From positions 1 through 60,688 of the forward strand of contig CAJJCG010000031.1 in NCBI GenBank assembly GCA_905182615.1: a stretch of 60,688 nucleotides of DNA, read 5' to 3'. The notes beneath the pieces were generated by a model, which saw only the letters and a program-made list of their open reading frames with translations, made no database searches and was not told the DNA's origin. The position numbers were made by a program, and so were the translations under genes. This DNA is from Alphaproteobacteria bacterium UBA2964 (GTDB taxonomy: Bacteria; Pseudomonadota; Alphaproteobacteria; MPNO01; UBA2964). Positions 18,538-27,717 of the stretch are shown one piece after another; position 1 is the first letter of the stretch; the number at the start of each line of letters is the position of its first letter.

Positions 18538-20400
18538 CTAATTCAACGATGTATGCACATCCACCAGCGCGACACCGCCTTTTTCGACGACGTCGGCGGC
18601 GCGCTTGAAGGCGGCTGCGAGGTCTTTGGGATCGCGCACCGGCTCTTCCGCCCACGCGCCATAGCCACGTGCGACCGTGCAGTAATCTGGTTCCGGTCCG
18701 ACCATCCGCTGGCCAATCCATGCATTTTCAGGAGGGCGACCACGACGATAGGCGAGGCCAATCTGATGCTCTTCGTCATTGCCGAATGAGGTGTTGTTGT
18801 GGAGCACAATCATGATCGGAATTTTGTAATGAACGGCGGTCCAGATTGCGGCGGGTCCCATCGTGAAATCTCCGTCGCCGATAATGGCGACTGTGAACTT
18901 GCCCTGATCGCGACCCGCGAGCGCTGATCCTATAATTCCGCCCGGACCGTAACCAATGCCGCCACCGATCGAGTTGGACATGAATTGTCCCGCACCGTCG
19001 AATTCCCAAATTCCATCATACCAGGCACGATAGTTGCGCGCGGCAAGGAGCCAGTCTTTATCCTTCACAGCGTTAAACAATTCAGACGTCATGCGCGGCA
19101 GGTAGATTGGGACCTGATCCCATTTTGCTTCCATGGCATCGGTTTGGCTTTTGCGCAGCTCGTCATGCATCTGCGAAACTTCGGCGCGGCGTTCTTCGGC
19201 ACGTTTGAGCCAGGCCGGGTTATCAGCGGCACGGCTTTTCACTTCGGCGAGGACCTGTTTGAGGCCGTATAAGCCATCGGCCTGCAGCTGAATATCAACC
19301 GGGTGCAGCGGACCTCCCAGATGTGTCCAATGCTGAATAGCGAAGTCGTTCAGCGAAAGATCAATGACCGTCATTTTGCCGGCATCGACTTCTTCACCAG
19401 CGCCGCGCGCGCCTTCGTAAGCACCAATGTTATTTGAGATATCGAGACAATCGACACATAGAACCGCATCGGTCTTTGCCAGCAGCATCTTTTTATAGGC
19501 GCCTTCGGCTTTGGTACGGCCAAAGCTGGCATTGAGATTCTGCGGATGGTTGGACGGCATGCAGATGATGTCGTGACCGTCCTGATAGGCGGCGCCGAGC
19601 AGTTCAACCAACTCTTTCATGACCGGCGTGGTTGCCGCGTCATAGCCGACACGTCCGCCGAGGATCAGCGGGAAGTCGGCGGCGATCAGCGCATCGACTG
19701 CAGCGGCGACAGCTTCCGCTGGAGCGGCAACGGGCGCCGCTGGTTGATAGCGTTGCTCAGTGACATTTGGTAGAGAAACGCCGTCGGGAATATCAGCTTC
19801 CTGAACCACAACATCGACGGAGACATAAGTCGGGGAACAAGGTCCGCTGGTCGCAATGCGTTGCGCGCGGGCAATTGAGTCGAGGCAGCCTTGCAGGGTG
19901 ATCGGCTCATCGGTCCATTTGGTGACGTCTTTAACGATATCGCACTGAGTGTTGGCGGAATGGATCCAGTCCGTCTTGCGACGTTGCGCGGGATCGGCGG
20001 GACCTGATCCACCGAGCACAACGACCGGCATGCGATCAGCCATCGCATTATAGAAAGCCATCGTCGCATGCTGGACGCCGACGAGATCATGCAGGAACGC
20101 CATCGCGGGGCGGCCGGTTGCCTTGCAATAGCCATGCGCCATTGCGACAGCGATTTCCTCATGAGCGACGAGAATGATTTGCGGCTTATGGTTCTTGGTG
20201 TGATTGACCAGCGAGTCATGGACGCCACGAAACGACGATCCCGGTGTCAGGAAGATATAGTCATGGCCAAGCTCGCCAATGAGTTCGGCGATCATGTCAG
20301 AGCCATATTCCGCCTTGGGCTGGTTGGCCGGCAGATTTATCGGCGATTCCGTCGCAAAGTCGGGGGCAGCTGGATAGTTATTATTGATTTCGTCGCTCAT
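18538..20400 (-). CDS. ThDP-dependent enzyme, atypical subfamily (member A)
   Basis: 620 aa. PYR-domain HEEIAVAMAHGY (catalytic Glu), PP-domain GDGDF..(24)..HNN. Subfamily motifs TPGSSFRGVHDSLVNH and DWIHS. Confidence 0.8.
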   Translation of the reverse strand: MSDEINNNYPAAPDFATESPINLPANQPKAEYGSDMIAELIGELGHDYIFLTPGSSFRGVHDSLVNHTKNHKPQIILVAHEEIAVAMAHGYCKATGRPAMAFLHDLVGVQHATMAFYNAMADRMPVVVLGGSGPADPAQRRKTDWIHSANTQCDIVKDVTKWTDEPITLQGCLDSIARAQRIATSGPCSPTYVSVDVVVQEADIPDGVSLPNVTEQRYQPAAPVAAPAEAVAAAVDALIAADFPLILGGRVGYDAATTPVMKELVELLGAAYQDGHDIICMPSNHPQNLNASFGRTKAEGAYKKMLLAKTDAVLCVDCLDISNNIGAYEGARGAGEEVDAGKMTVIDLSLNDFAIQHWTHLGGPLHPVDIQLQADGLYGLKQVLAEVKSRAADNPAWLKRAEERRAEVSQMHDELRKSQTDAMEAKWDQVPIYLPRMTSELFNAVKDKDWLLAARNYRAWYDGIWEFDGAGQFMSNSIGGGIGYGPGGIIGSALAGRDQGKFTVAIIGDGDFTMGPAAIWTAVHYKIPIMIVLHNNTSFGNDEEHQIGLAYRRGRPPENAWIGQRMVGPEPDYCTVARGYGAWAEEPVRDPKDLAAAFKRAADVVEKGGVALVDVHTSLN

Positions 20401-20729
20401 GATGTCTCCCTAGATGGGCGCTCAGTGGCCCAGATTTCAGTTTGTGCCAGCATATCTGGCGGAAGGGCTTTGGCAAAGGGGCAGGGATAATCACACCTTG
20501 ATTTTCAGCGCTTATTTTGGAAGAAAATGAAAATTCATCAAATCAATTATCTTTATCATATATATCAATTTGATTTATCTCGTGCGTAGCCTAGGGTTAG
20601 CGTCAAATGGGATGAGGTAGGGCTTGCGCGTTATTTCGTCGGCCACCTAGACGGCGTACCCTTTGTCGACAACAATGGGGCGTAGAAATGTAAACAGGCA
20701 TGACAGAGGCCTGATAGGGAGGATGTTTG
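20401..20729. promoter_or_regulatory. divergent intergenic region between two ThDP-enzyme genes, with an AT-rich core
   Basis: Largest clean intergenic region in the window. The AT-rich core 20521-20580 carries the direct repeat ATCAATT (20542-20548 and 20564-20570) and the inverted hexamers TCAAAT (20538-20543) / ATTTGA (20569-20574). Confidence 0.3.
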
Positions 20730-22451
20730 ATGCCTACAAAAACACTCAAAGACGTAACCGTCGCTGATGCTTATCTGGCCGTTCTGGCGGATCGCGGCGT
20801 CGATTATCTTTTTGCCAATGCCGGTACGGACTTTGCACCTCTTGTTGAAGCGCTGGCCAAGGCTCAGGCGCTCGGGACATCTCATCCTCACCCAGTTACC
20901 TGTCCGCATGAAAATACGGCGCAGCACATGGCGATCGGCTATTACCTCGCGACGGGCCGCCCGCAGCTAACGATGATGCATGTCAATGTTGGTACGGCGA
21001 ACGCGATGAATGGTTTGCTGAATGCATCGCGGGGCCAGACTCCGATGCTGTTTACAGCAGGGCGGACCCCAACCAACGAAGACAAGCTCAAAGGCCATCG
21101 TTCGCTCGATATCCATTGGACCCAGGAAATGTTCGACCAGGGCGGCATGACACGCGAGGCCGTTAAATGGGACTACGAACTCCGTAATGGCGAGCAGGTC
21201 GAAACCGTCATTGATCGCGCGCTCAGTGTAATGATGAGTGATCCGAAGGGACCGGCCTATCTGTCGCTGCCAAGAGAAGTCCTGGCGATTGAGATGGATG
21301 AGTTCACGTTTGAATCACCGAGCCGGATTCAGCCCACATCACCAAGCCTGCCAAATGCTGATGCGCTGGATGAAGCGGCATCGATACTGGCAAAGGCCAA
21401 GAACCCGGTCATCATTACTAACTGGGGCGGCCGCAACCCGAATGTTATGCCTGCGCTGGTCGATCTCGCAGACAAATACGCTATCCCGGTGGTCGAGTAT
21501 CGCAACCGATTTGTTGCCATGCCACGCCATCATCCGATGTTTGCTGGTGGCAATCCTAATCCGTTTGTCGAAGCTGCTGATGCGATCCTGGTGATGGATT
21601 GTGCAACACCTTGGTTGCCATCGCAGGTTTCGCCATCGGAAGATTGCAAAGTCATCCATATGGCACCCGATCCGCATTACAGTTATTTGCCGATCCGCGG
21701 GTTCCGAGCCGATATTGCGCTGGCCTGTGATAGTGCCCTCGGACTGGTCGCCCTTAACGCGGGGATGGATGAGGCATCCAAATCAAACCAGGGCGCCATC
21801 GATAGCCGGCGCAAGACAGTCACTGCATTGCATGAAGAATTAGAGGAAAGCTGGGCCAAGAAGTTGCAGGCCGTAAAGGATCAGACGCCGATCCATCCGG
21901 CGTGGATTTCAGATTGCATCGCCAAGATCAGTGATGCCGATACGATCTTCGCCAAGGAGTCTCAGCTTCAGGTTCAGTATCTCGATACATCTAAGCCAAC
22001 CAAGATTCTCAATGCTGGGGCGTCATCCGGGTTGGGTCATGGGATGGGCGTCGCCCTCGGGGCCAAGCTCGCCAATCGCGATAATCTGGTTATCGGAACC
22101 CATGGTGATGGCTCATATATGTTTAACGTTCCTGTCTCGGCACATTATGTGGCGGCGGAGCAGGAATGCCCGATCCTGACGGTCGTGTTTAATAACCAGA
22201 AATGGCAGGCCGTTCGTGGTTCAACGATGGGGATGTACCCGGATGGGTATGCCGCGAAAGCAAACCGTCCGCCGCTAATGCATTTCACGGTCGATCAGCA
22301 TTATGAAAAACTGGTTGAGGTTTCCGGTGGGTATGGCGAGCAGGTGACTGATCCGAAGGATATGCTGCCAGCACTGGAACGCGCAGTAAAAGAGGTTATG
22401 GTCAATAAACGGTCGGCGTTGCTGAACGTTATGGCTTCCGATCCGACATAA
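20730..22451 (+). CDS. ThDP-dependent enzyme, acetolactate-synthase-like canonical type (member B)
   Basis: GGGAGGA at 20717-20723 precedes ATG 20730 (the track uses TTG 20727). HENTAQHMAIGY and GDGSYMF..(22)..FNN motifs. Confidence 0.8.
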   Translation: MPTKTLKDVTVADAYLAVLADRGVDYLFANAGTDFAPLVEALAKAQALGTSHPHPVTCPHENTAQHMAIGYYLATGRPQLTMMHVNVGTANAMNGLLNASRGQTPMLFTAGRTPTNEDKLKGHRSLDIHWTQEMFDQGGMTREAVKWDYELRNGEQVETVIDRALSVMMSDPKGPAYLSLPREVLAIEMDEFTFESPSRIQPTSPSLPNADALDEAASILAKAKNPVIITNWGGRNPNVMPALVDLADKYAIPVVEYRNRFVAMPRHHPMFAGGNPNPFVEAADAILVMDCATPWLPSQVSPSEDCKVIHMAPDPHYSYLPIRGFRADIALACDSALGLVALNAGMDEASKSNQGAIDSRRKTVTALHEELEESWAKKLQAVKDQTPIHPAWISDCIAKISDADTIFAKESQLQVQYLDTSKPTKILNAGASSGLGHGMGVALGAKLANRDNLVIGTHGDGSYMFNVPVSAHYVAAEQECPILTVVFNNQKWQAVRGSTMGMYPDGYAAKANRPPLMHFTVDQHYEKLVEVSGGYGEQVTDPKDMLPALERAVKEVMVNKRSALLNVMASDPT

Positions 22452-22482
22452 TAAAAATAGACAAGATACTATAAATTTAGGG

Positions 22483-23583
22483 ATGACGTCGTTGGACGAG
22501 TTTTCGACATTGCAACAAATCGCGGTTCGCGCGCGGAGAAACCTGAACTGGAATGTTTGGGATTATCTCATGGGTGGCTCGGAGACCGAGACTAGCCTGA
22601 AGCGCAATCGGCAGGGATTTGACTCTCTGGGGTTGGCGCCTCGGATTTTGCGCAATGTTGCCAATGTCGATCCGTCGACAACCTTCCTGGGAAAACAAAT
22701 TCGCCTGCCCGTGATGTTGGCGCCGATTGGCTCCCTGCAGCTGGTTACGCCTGACGGTGCTTTGGCGTCGGCTCAAGCAGCAGCAGAAGTCGGAACAATC
22801 AGCTTCTTGAGCTCTGTCACTCAGCCCGAGATGGAAGAAGTTGGCGCGGCGACGAATGCGCCGAAGGTCTTTCAGCTATATGTTAAAGGCGATGACGACT
22901 GGATAGACGAGCAGGTAAAACGCGCTCAGGATTCTGGTTTTGAGATTTTCTGTCTCACTGTTGATACCGCGCTCTATAGCCGCCGCGAACGAGATATCCT
23001 TAAGCGCTGGGAGCCAAGCTCCAGACGCGCGGTCGTTGAAGGCGCGGATCAGGATTATCTCGCCATGTTGAACTGGGATACTGTCAAACGGTTCAAGGAT
23101 CGGCATGATATCCCGCTGATCCTGAAAGGGATTGGGACAGCAGAAGACGCAACGATTGCTCTCGAACATGAAGTTGAGTGCATCTACGTCTCCAATCATG
23201 GCGGTCGCCAGCTTGATCACGGACGGGGCTCGATTGATGTCCTGCCGGAAGTTGTTGAGGCCGTTGGTGGCAAGGCAAGCGTGTTGGTCGATGGTGCAAT
23301 CATGCGCGGGACAGACGTCATTAAGGCGCTGGCGCTGGGCGCTGACGCCGTTTGTATCGGTAAATTACAGGGGCTTGGTTTGGCCGCTGGCGGCAAGGAC
23401 GGGTTGGTTCATACGCTTCGTTTGCTTGAAGCGGAAATCCGGACCTCGATGGCCCTGTTGGGACTACACAATTTTTCAGAGTTGGATGCGAGCTATGTTG
23501 AAGAGGTCGAACCTCTGATGCCGCCGCACCAGACATCACCTTATACACATATTGAATTAGAAGAGCGGGAGTATGAAAGATGA
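22483..23583 (+). CDS. FMN-dependent alpha-hydroxy-acid oxidase/dehydrogenase, copy 1
   Basis: 366 aa. SNHGGRQLD signature of the glycolate oxidase / LldD / mandelate dehydrogenase family. Its stop overlaps the next start (ATGA). Confidence 0.85.
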   Translation: MTSLDEFSTLQQIAVRARRNLNWNVWDYLMGGSETETSLKRNRQGFDSLGLAPRILRNVANVDPSTTFLGKQIRLPVMLAPIGSLQLVTPDGALASAQAAAEVGTISFLSSVTQPEMEEVGAATNAPKVFQLYVKGDDDWIDEQVKRAQDSGFEIFCLTVDTALYSRRERDILKRWEPSSRRAVVEGADQDYLAMLNWDTVKRFKDRHDIPLILKGIGTAEDATIALEHEVECIYVSNHGGRQLDHGRGSIDVLPEVVEAVGGKASVLVDGAIMRGTDVIKALALGADAVCIGKLQGLGLAAGGKDGLVHTLRLLEAEIRTSMALLGLHNFSELDASYVEEVEPLMPPHQTSPYTHIELEEREYER

Positions 23584-25379
23584 GCGATATCAAGGCACAT
23601 GACCGCCCGGTCAATCTCGGTAATCCGCAGATGGGTTGGGCCAGCGATGTTGCAGCAGAAATGCTGCGGCAGTTGGGCGTTAAATACATTTCTTTGAACC
23701 CGGGGGCGAGTTATCGCGGGCTTCACGATTCAATCGTGAACTATCTCGGAAACGACACGCCGCAGATGTTGATCTGCCTGCATGAAGATCATGCTGTGCA
23801 TGTCGCTCAGGGCTACGCGAAGGCAACGGGCGAGCCAATGGCCTGCGCGCTGCATTCCAATGTTGGTCTGATGCATGGTCTGATGGCGACCTTCAACGCC
23901 TGGTGCAACCGGGCGCCGATTATCATGATGGGCGCAACCGGGCCAATTGATGCATCGATACGCCGTCCCTGGATTGATTGGATCCATACGTCGAAGGATC
24001 AGGGCGCGATGCTCCGTGATTACACGAAGTGGGATGACGAGCCTCGTTCAGCCGGTGCCATCGTTGAGTCGATGCTGCGCGCCAATCAGATGGCCCGTTC
24101 AGAACCACCGGGACCAGTTTATGTCTGTCTCGATGCTGGATTACAGGAATCAGCACTCGAAGAAGAGATTAAGATCCCTGACGTGAGCCGCTTCCAGCCT
24201 TCGGAGCCACCGCGGGCATCGGGCAATAATGTAAAAGAAGTGGCGGACATGCTGCTTGGGGCGGCTAACCCCGTGATCATGATTGGTCGCAGTGGCCGGT
24301 CACAGGAAGCCTGGGATAACCGGATCAAGCTGGCGGAAGCCGTTGGTGCTGGTGTCTTCACCAATCTGCGGAACGCCGCGGTCTTCCCAAGTGATCATCT
24401 GTTGCACGTGGGACGTCCTGCAGGACGGATCAATGACACGATGCGGGACGTTGTCACGGAGTCCGACGCGATCCTCAGCCTGAACTGGTTGGATTTTGGT
24501 GGCACCCAGCGTCTGTTGACACGCGACGGTGAGCTCAAAGGCAAGATCGTCCATTGTTCAATGGAAGAGTATGTCCATAACGGTTTTGGCGGCGAATTAT
24601 TCGAACTGCCAATGGCCGATATCAAGATCACAGCGGATCACGATGCGTTCGTGGTTCAGCTGCTCGAAGAAATCGAAAGCCGTGGCGCTGCTTCAAACTG
24701 GGACGGCAAGCGTGTCGGTCCGGAACCAGCTGCTTATGACCAGATCGCCGATCGCGACCCTGACAGCGTTTTGCAACCAGCGGATATTGTGACCGCCTTG
24801 GCCGAGGCGCAGGGTGATCGCAAGATCAGTCTGAACCGGGTTAGTTCCGGTGGCGTTGGTCCGGCCTATCACTTCACTGCACCTTTGTCCTATCTCGGAC
24901 ATGATGGCGGTGGCGGGTTGGCTTCAGGACCCGGCACATCAGTTGGTGCTGCGTTAGCGGTGATGGATACAGATTGGCTGGCGGTTTCCGTTCTGGGTGA
25001 TGGCGATTTCATGCAGGGCAACACTGCCTTGTGGACCGCTGCGAAGTACAAGATCCCGATGTTGGTGATCATTTCCAATAACCGCTCGAACTTTAATGAT
25101 GAGCTGCATCAGGAAACGGTTGCCAAAGATCGTGACCGTCCGGTTGAAAACCGCTGGATTGGTATGCGTATTAGCGAGCCGGATATTGTTCTTACGGACC
25201 TTGCTGACTCTCTTGGCTTTGAAGCTGTTGGCCCGGTTGAGACGGCTGGTGGACTTATGGAAGCAATTGAAAATGGACTGAAGGCAGTTGAAGCCGGCGG
25301 TCAGCATTTCATCAATGTGCATGTTGATACCGGCTATGCCGAACCGCCGCTGATGCGTGGCGGGAATAAAGGCGAGTAA
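23580..25379 (+). CDS. ThDP-dependent enzyme, atypical subfamily (member C)
   Basis: 599 aa. NPGASYRGLHDSIVNY, HEDHAVHVAQGY, RRPWIDWIHT, GDGDFMQG..(20)..SNNRSNFND. Confidence 0.8.
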   Translation: MSDIKAHDRPVNLGNPQMGWASDVAAEMLRQLGVKYISLNPGASYRGLHDSIVNYLGNDTPQMLICLHEDHAVHVAQGYAKATGEPMACALHSNVGLMHGLMATFNAWCNRAPIIMMGATGPIDASIRRPWIDWIHTSKDQGAMLRDYTKWDDEPRSAGAIVESMLRANQMARSEPPGPVYVCLDAGLQESALEEEIKIPDVSRFQPSEPPRASGNNVKEVADMLLGAANPVIMIGRSGRSQEAWDNRIKLAEAVGAGVFTNLRNAAVFPSDHLLHVGRPAGRINDTMRDVVTESDAILSLNWLDFGGTQRLLTRDGELKGKIVHCSMEEYVHNGFGGELFELPMADIKITADHDAFVVQLLEEIESRGAASNWDGKRVGPEPAAYDQIADRDPDSVLQPADIVTALAEAQGDRKISLNRVSSGGVGPAYHFTAPLSYLGHDGGGGLASGPGTSVGAALAVMDTDWLAVSVLGDGDFMQGNTALWTAAKYKIPMLVIISNNRSNFNDELHQETVAKDRDRPVENRWIGMRISEPDIVLTDLADSLGFEAVGPVETAGGLMEAIENGLKAVEAGGQHFINVHVDTGYAEPPLMRGGNKGE

Positions 25380-25402
25380 CGGGTAGGGATAGGAGAAATA
25401 TA

Positions 25403-27193
25403 ATGCCTGATTTAACAAAATTTGACCGGCCCGTTAATGTCGGAAACCCCAAGATGGGATGGGGCAGCGATGTCGCTGCCGAAATGCTCCGTCGTATGGG
25501 AATTAAATATCTGTCGATGAACCCCGGGGCGAGTTATCGCGGGTTTCATGACTCCATCGTCAATTATCTGGGGAATGACGACCCGCAGATGATCCTGTGT
25601 TTGCATGAGGATCACGCGGTTCATATTGCTCAGGGCTATGCGAAAGCAACGGATGAGCCGATGGGCTGTATCCTGCATTCAAATGTCGGACTGATGCACG
25701 GCATGATGGGTATCTTCAATGCCTGGTGTAACCGGGTGCCGATGGTGATCATGGGTGCAACAGGTCCGGTTGATACGATGAAACGTCGTCCGTGGATCGA
25801 CTGGATCCATACCGCAAAAGACCAGGGCGCGTTGATCCGAAATTTCGTCAAATATGATGACGAGCCACGATCAGCACAGGCGCTAGCCGAAACCATGGTT
25901 CGGGTGAACAAAACCATCCGTACTGCGCCGACGGGGCCTGCTTATGTATGCCTGGATGCTGGTTTACAGGAATCTGAAATCGATCCGGATATGAAATTAC
26001 CGGATGTTTCTCGCTTCCTGCCACCGCTGCCAACCCCGGCACCGCAGAAAAGCATCGATGAAGCGGCTGATCTTTTGGCTAAAGCCAAGAACCCCGTAAT
26101 CATGATGGGGCGCCTCAAACGCGCAGAAAAGGGCTGGGCAGATCGTATCAAGCTTGCTGAGCTTCTTGGCGCTGGCGTTGTCACGGATATGAAAACCGGG
26201 ATTGCTTTTCCGACAGATCATGGTTTGCATCTTGCACCACCGGCCAACCGGCCGCGCGATGAAGCCGTTGCCGGTATGCAGGAAGCTGATGTCATTCTCG
26301 ATCTTAATTGGGTCGATTTGGCGGGTACTTTCAAACTGGTCTTTGGCCGCGACGATGTGAATGCCAAGGTAATTCATGTCTCGATGGACTCAATCATCCA
26401 TAACGGTTGGACATCTGACCATATGGGGATGCCCCTTGGTGACGTGACCATGTTGGCCGAACCGGAACCGGTTGTTGAACAACTCCTTGAGGCACTTGAA
26501 AAACGCCTTGGCGGCAAGTCCAAGTGGGATGGTCAGAACAAGGGACGTATGCCTGAGCCTGACACGACTTATGACATGCTGAATCAGGACGATAACATTT
26601 CGGTCGAAGCCGTAACGCTTTGCATGAACGAAGTTCGCAAGGGCCGTAATATTACGCTAACCAATGTCACCATTGGCTGGGCGGCAGACGGGTATCACTT
26701 CACCCATCCGCTGGATTATCTCGGCAATGATGGTGGTGGCGGACTGGCTTCTGGCACGGGTACGGCCATCGGTGGTGGTTTGGCTCTCGCCGATACAGAC
26801 CGCACGGTTGTTGCTGTCCTCGGCGATGGCGACACCATGCAGGGCGCATCGTCTCTTTGGACCGCAGCGCATTACAGCATTCCGGTGCTGTTTGTGATCT
26901 CAAACAACCGATCCAACTTCAATGATGAAATTCATCAGGAAACGGTCGCCATAACGCGTAACCGGCCTGTTGAAAATCGCTGGATTGGTCAGCGGATTGA
27001 CGACCCGACTGTTTCGATTGAGAAATATGCTGCGTCTTTAGGTGTTGAATCAGCGGGGCCGATTGAAAAAATTGCGGATCTGGTGCCAGCCCTGGAGCAT
27101 GCATTGTCAGTTGTTGAATCCGGTAAGCCTTATCTGCTCAACGTTCATGTTGAGAAGGGCTATGCGGTGCCGCCGCCGGCACGTGAAGCATAA
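25403..27193 (+). CDS. ThDP-dependent enzyme, atypical subfamily (member D, tandem copy of C)
   Basis: 596 aa, colinear with member C. NPGASYRGFHDSIVNY, RRPWIDWIHT, GDGDTMQG...SNNRSNFND. Confidence 0.8.
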   Translation: MPDLTKFDRPVNVGNPKMGWGSDVAAEMLRRMGIKYLSMNPGASYRGFHDSIVNYLGNDDPQMILCLHEDHAVHIAQGYAKATDEPMGCILHSNVGLMHGMMGIFNAWCNRVPMVIMGATGPVDTMKRRPWIDWIHTAKDQGALIRNFVKYDDEPRSAQALAETMVRVNKTIRTAPTGPAYVCLDAGLQESEIDPDMKLPDVSRFLPPLPTPAPQKSIDEAADLLAKAKNPVIMMGRLKRAEKGWADRIKLAELLGAGVVTDMKTGIAFPTDHGLHLAPPANRPRDEAVAGMQEADVILDLNWVDLAGTFKLVFGRDDVNAKVIHVSMDSIIHNGWTSDHMGMPLGDVTMLAEPEPVVEQLLEALEKRLGGKSKWDGQNKGRMPEPDTTYDMLNQDDNISVEAVTLCMNEVRKGRNITLTNVTIGWAADGYHFTHPLDYLGNDGGGGLASGTGTAIGGGLALADTDRTVVAVLGDGDTMQGASSLWTAAHYSIPVLFVISNNRSNFNDEIHQETVAITRNRPVENRWIGQRIDDPTVSIEKYAASLGVESAGPIEKIADLVPALEHALSVVESGKPYLLNVHVEKGYAVPPPAREA

Positions 27194-27639
27194 TGTGTCC
27201 GGCGGATAGTGGAGATGACCTGGGTAAGCGGGCTTTGGCCCGCGAACAGGTCTATCTCTGCATCATGACCAATGTCGAGCCGCCGCCGGAGGGCAAACCG
27301 CCGCGTCAAAGCCTGATGCATGATCACAAGACCTATCTCCGTGATCTGGAACGCAAAGGGTTATTATTCGGGGCAGGGCGGCTGTTCAATGAAGAAGATA
27401 ATGAACACGCCGCCATTGGCCACGGCATGATTGTTATCCGGGCGAAGACCCGGGCCGAGGCTGAAGCGATTGCGTTTGAGGAGCCGTTTACCAAGGCGGG
27501 CTATCGAACGATGGTCTTGCATCCTTGGCAACGGAATGAAGGTAGCGTCGACATCTCAATTCGCTTGATGGATTCAGTGCTTGAGATTGACAGTCGGACT
27601 TATGATCTGGTGCCACGCGAAGGCGCAGTCAGAACGTAA
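27193..27639 (+). CDS. YciI-family protein
   Basis: 148 aa. The start shares one nt with the upstream stop (TAATG). YLCIMTNV (beta-1), H..YL..L...GLLFGAG and EEPF..AGY are YciI-like. An internal ATG at 27265 would remove beta-1, so it is disfavoured. Confidence 0.55.
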   Translation: MCPADSGDDLGKRALAREQVYLCIMTNVEPPPEGKPPRQSLMHDHKTYLRDLERKGLLFGAGRLFNEEDNEHAAIGHGMIVIRAKTRAEAEAIAFEEPFTKAGYRTMVLHPWQRNEGSVDISIRLMDSVLEIDSRTYDLVPREGAVRT

Positions 27640-27717
27640 TAGCTGACTGGCCGAGTTGTTTTAAAATTAAGAATAGATAGCCCACTTCGGGGGCTGTGTT
27701 GAAAAAGGTGATTTAGC

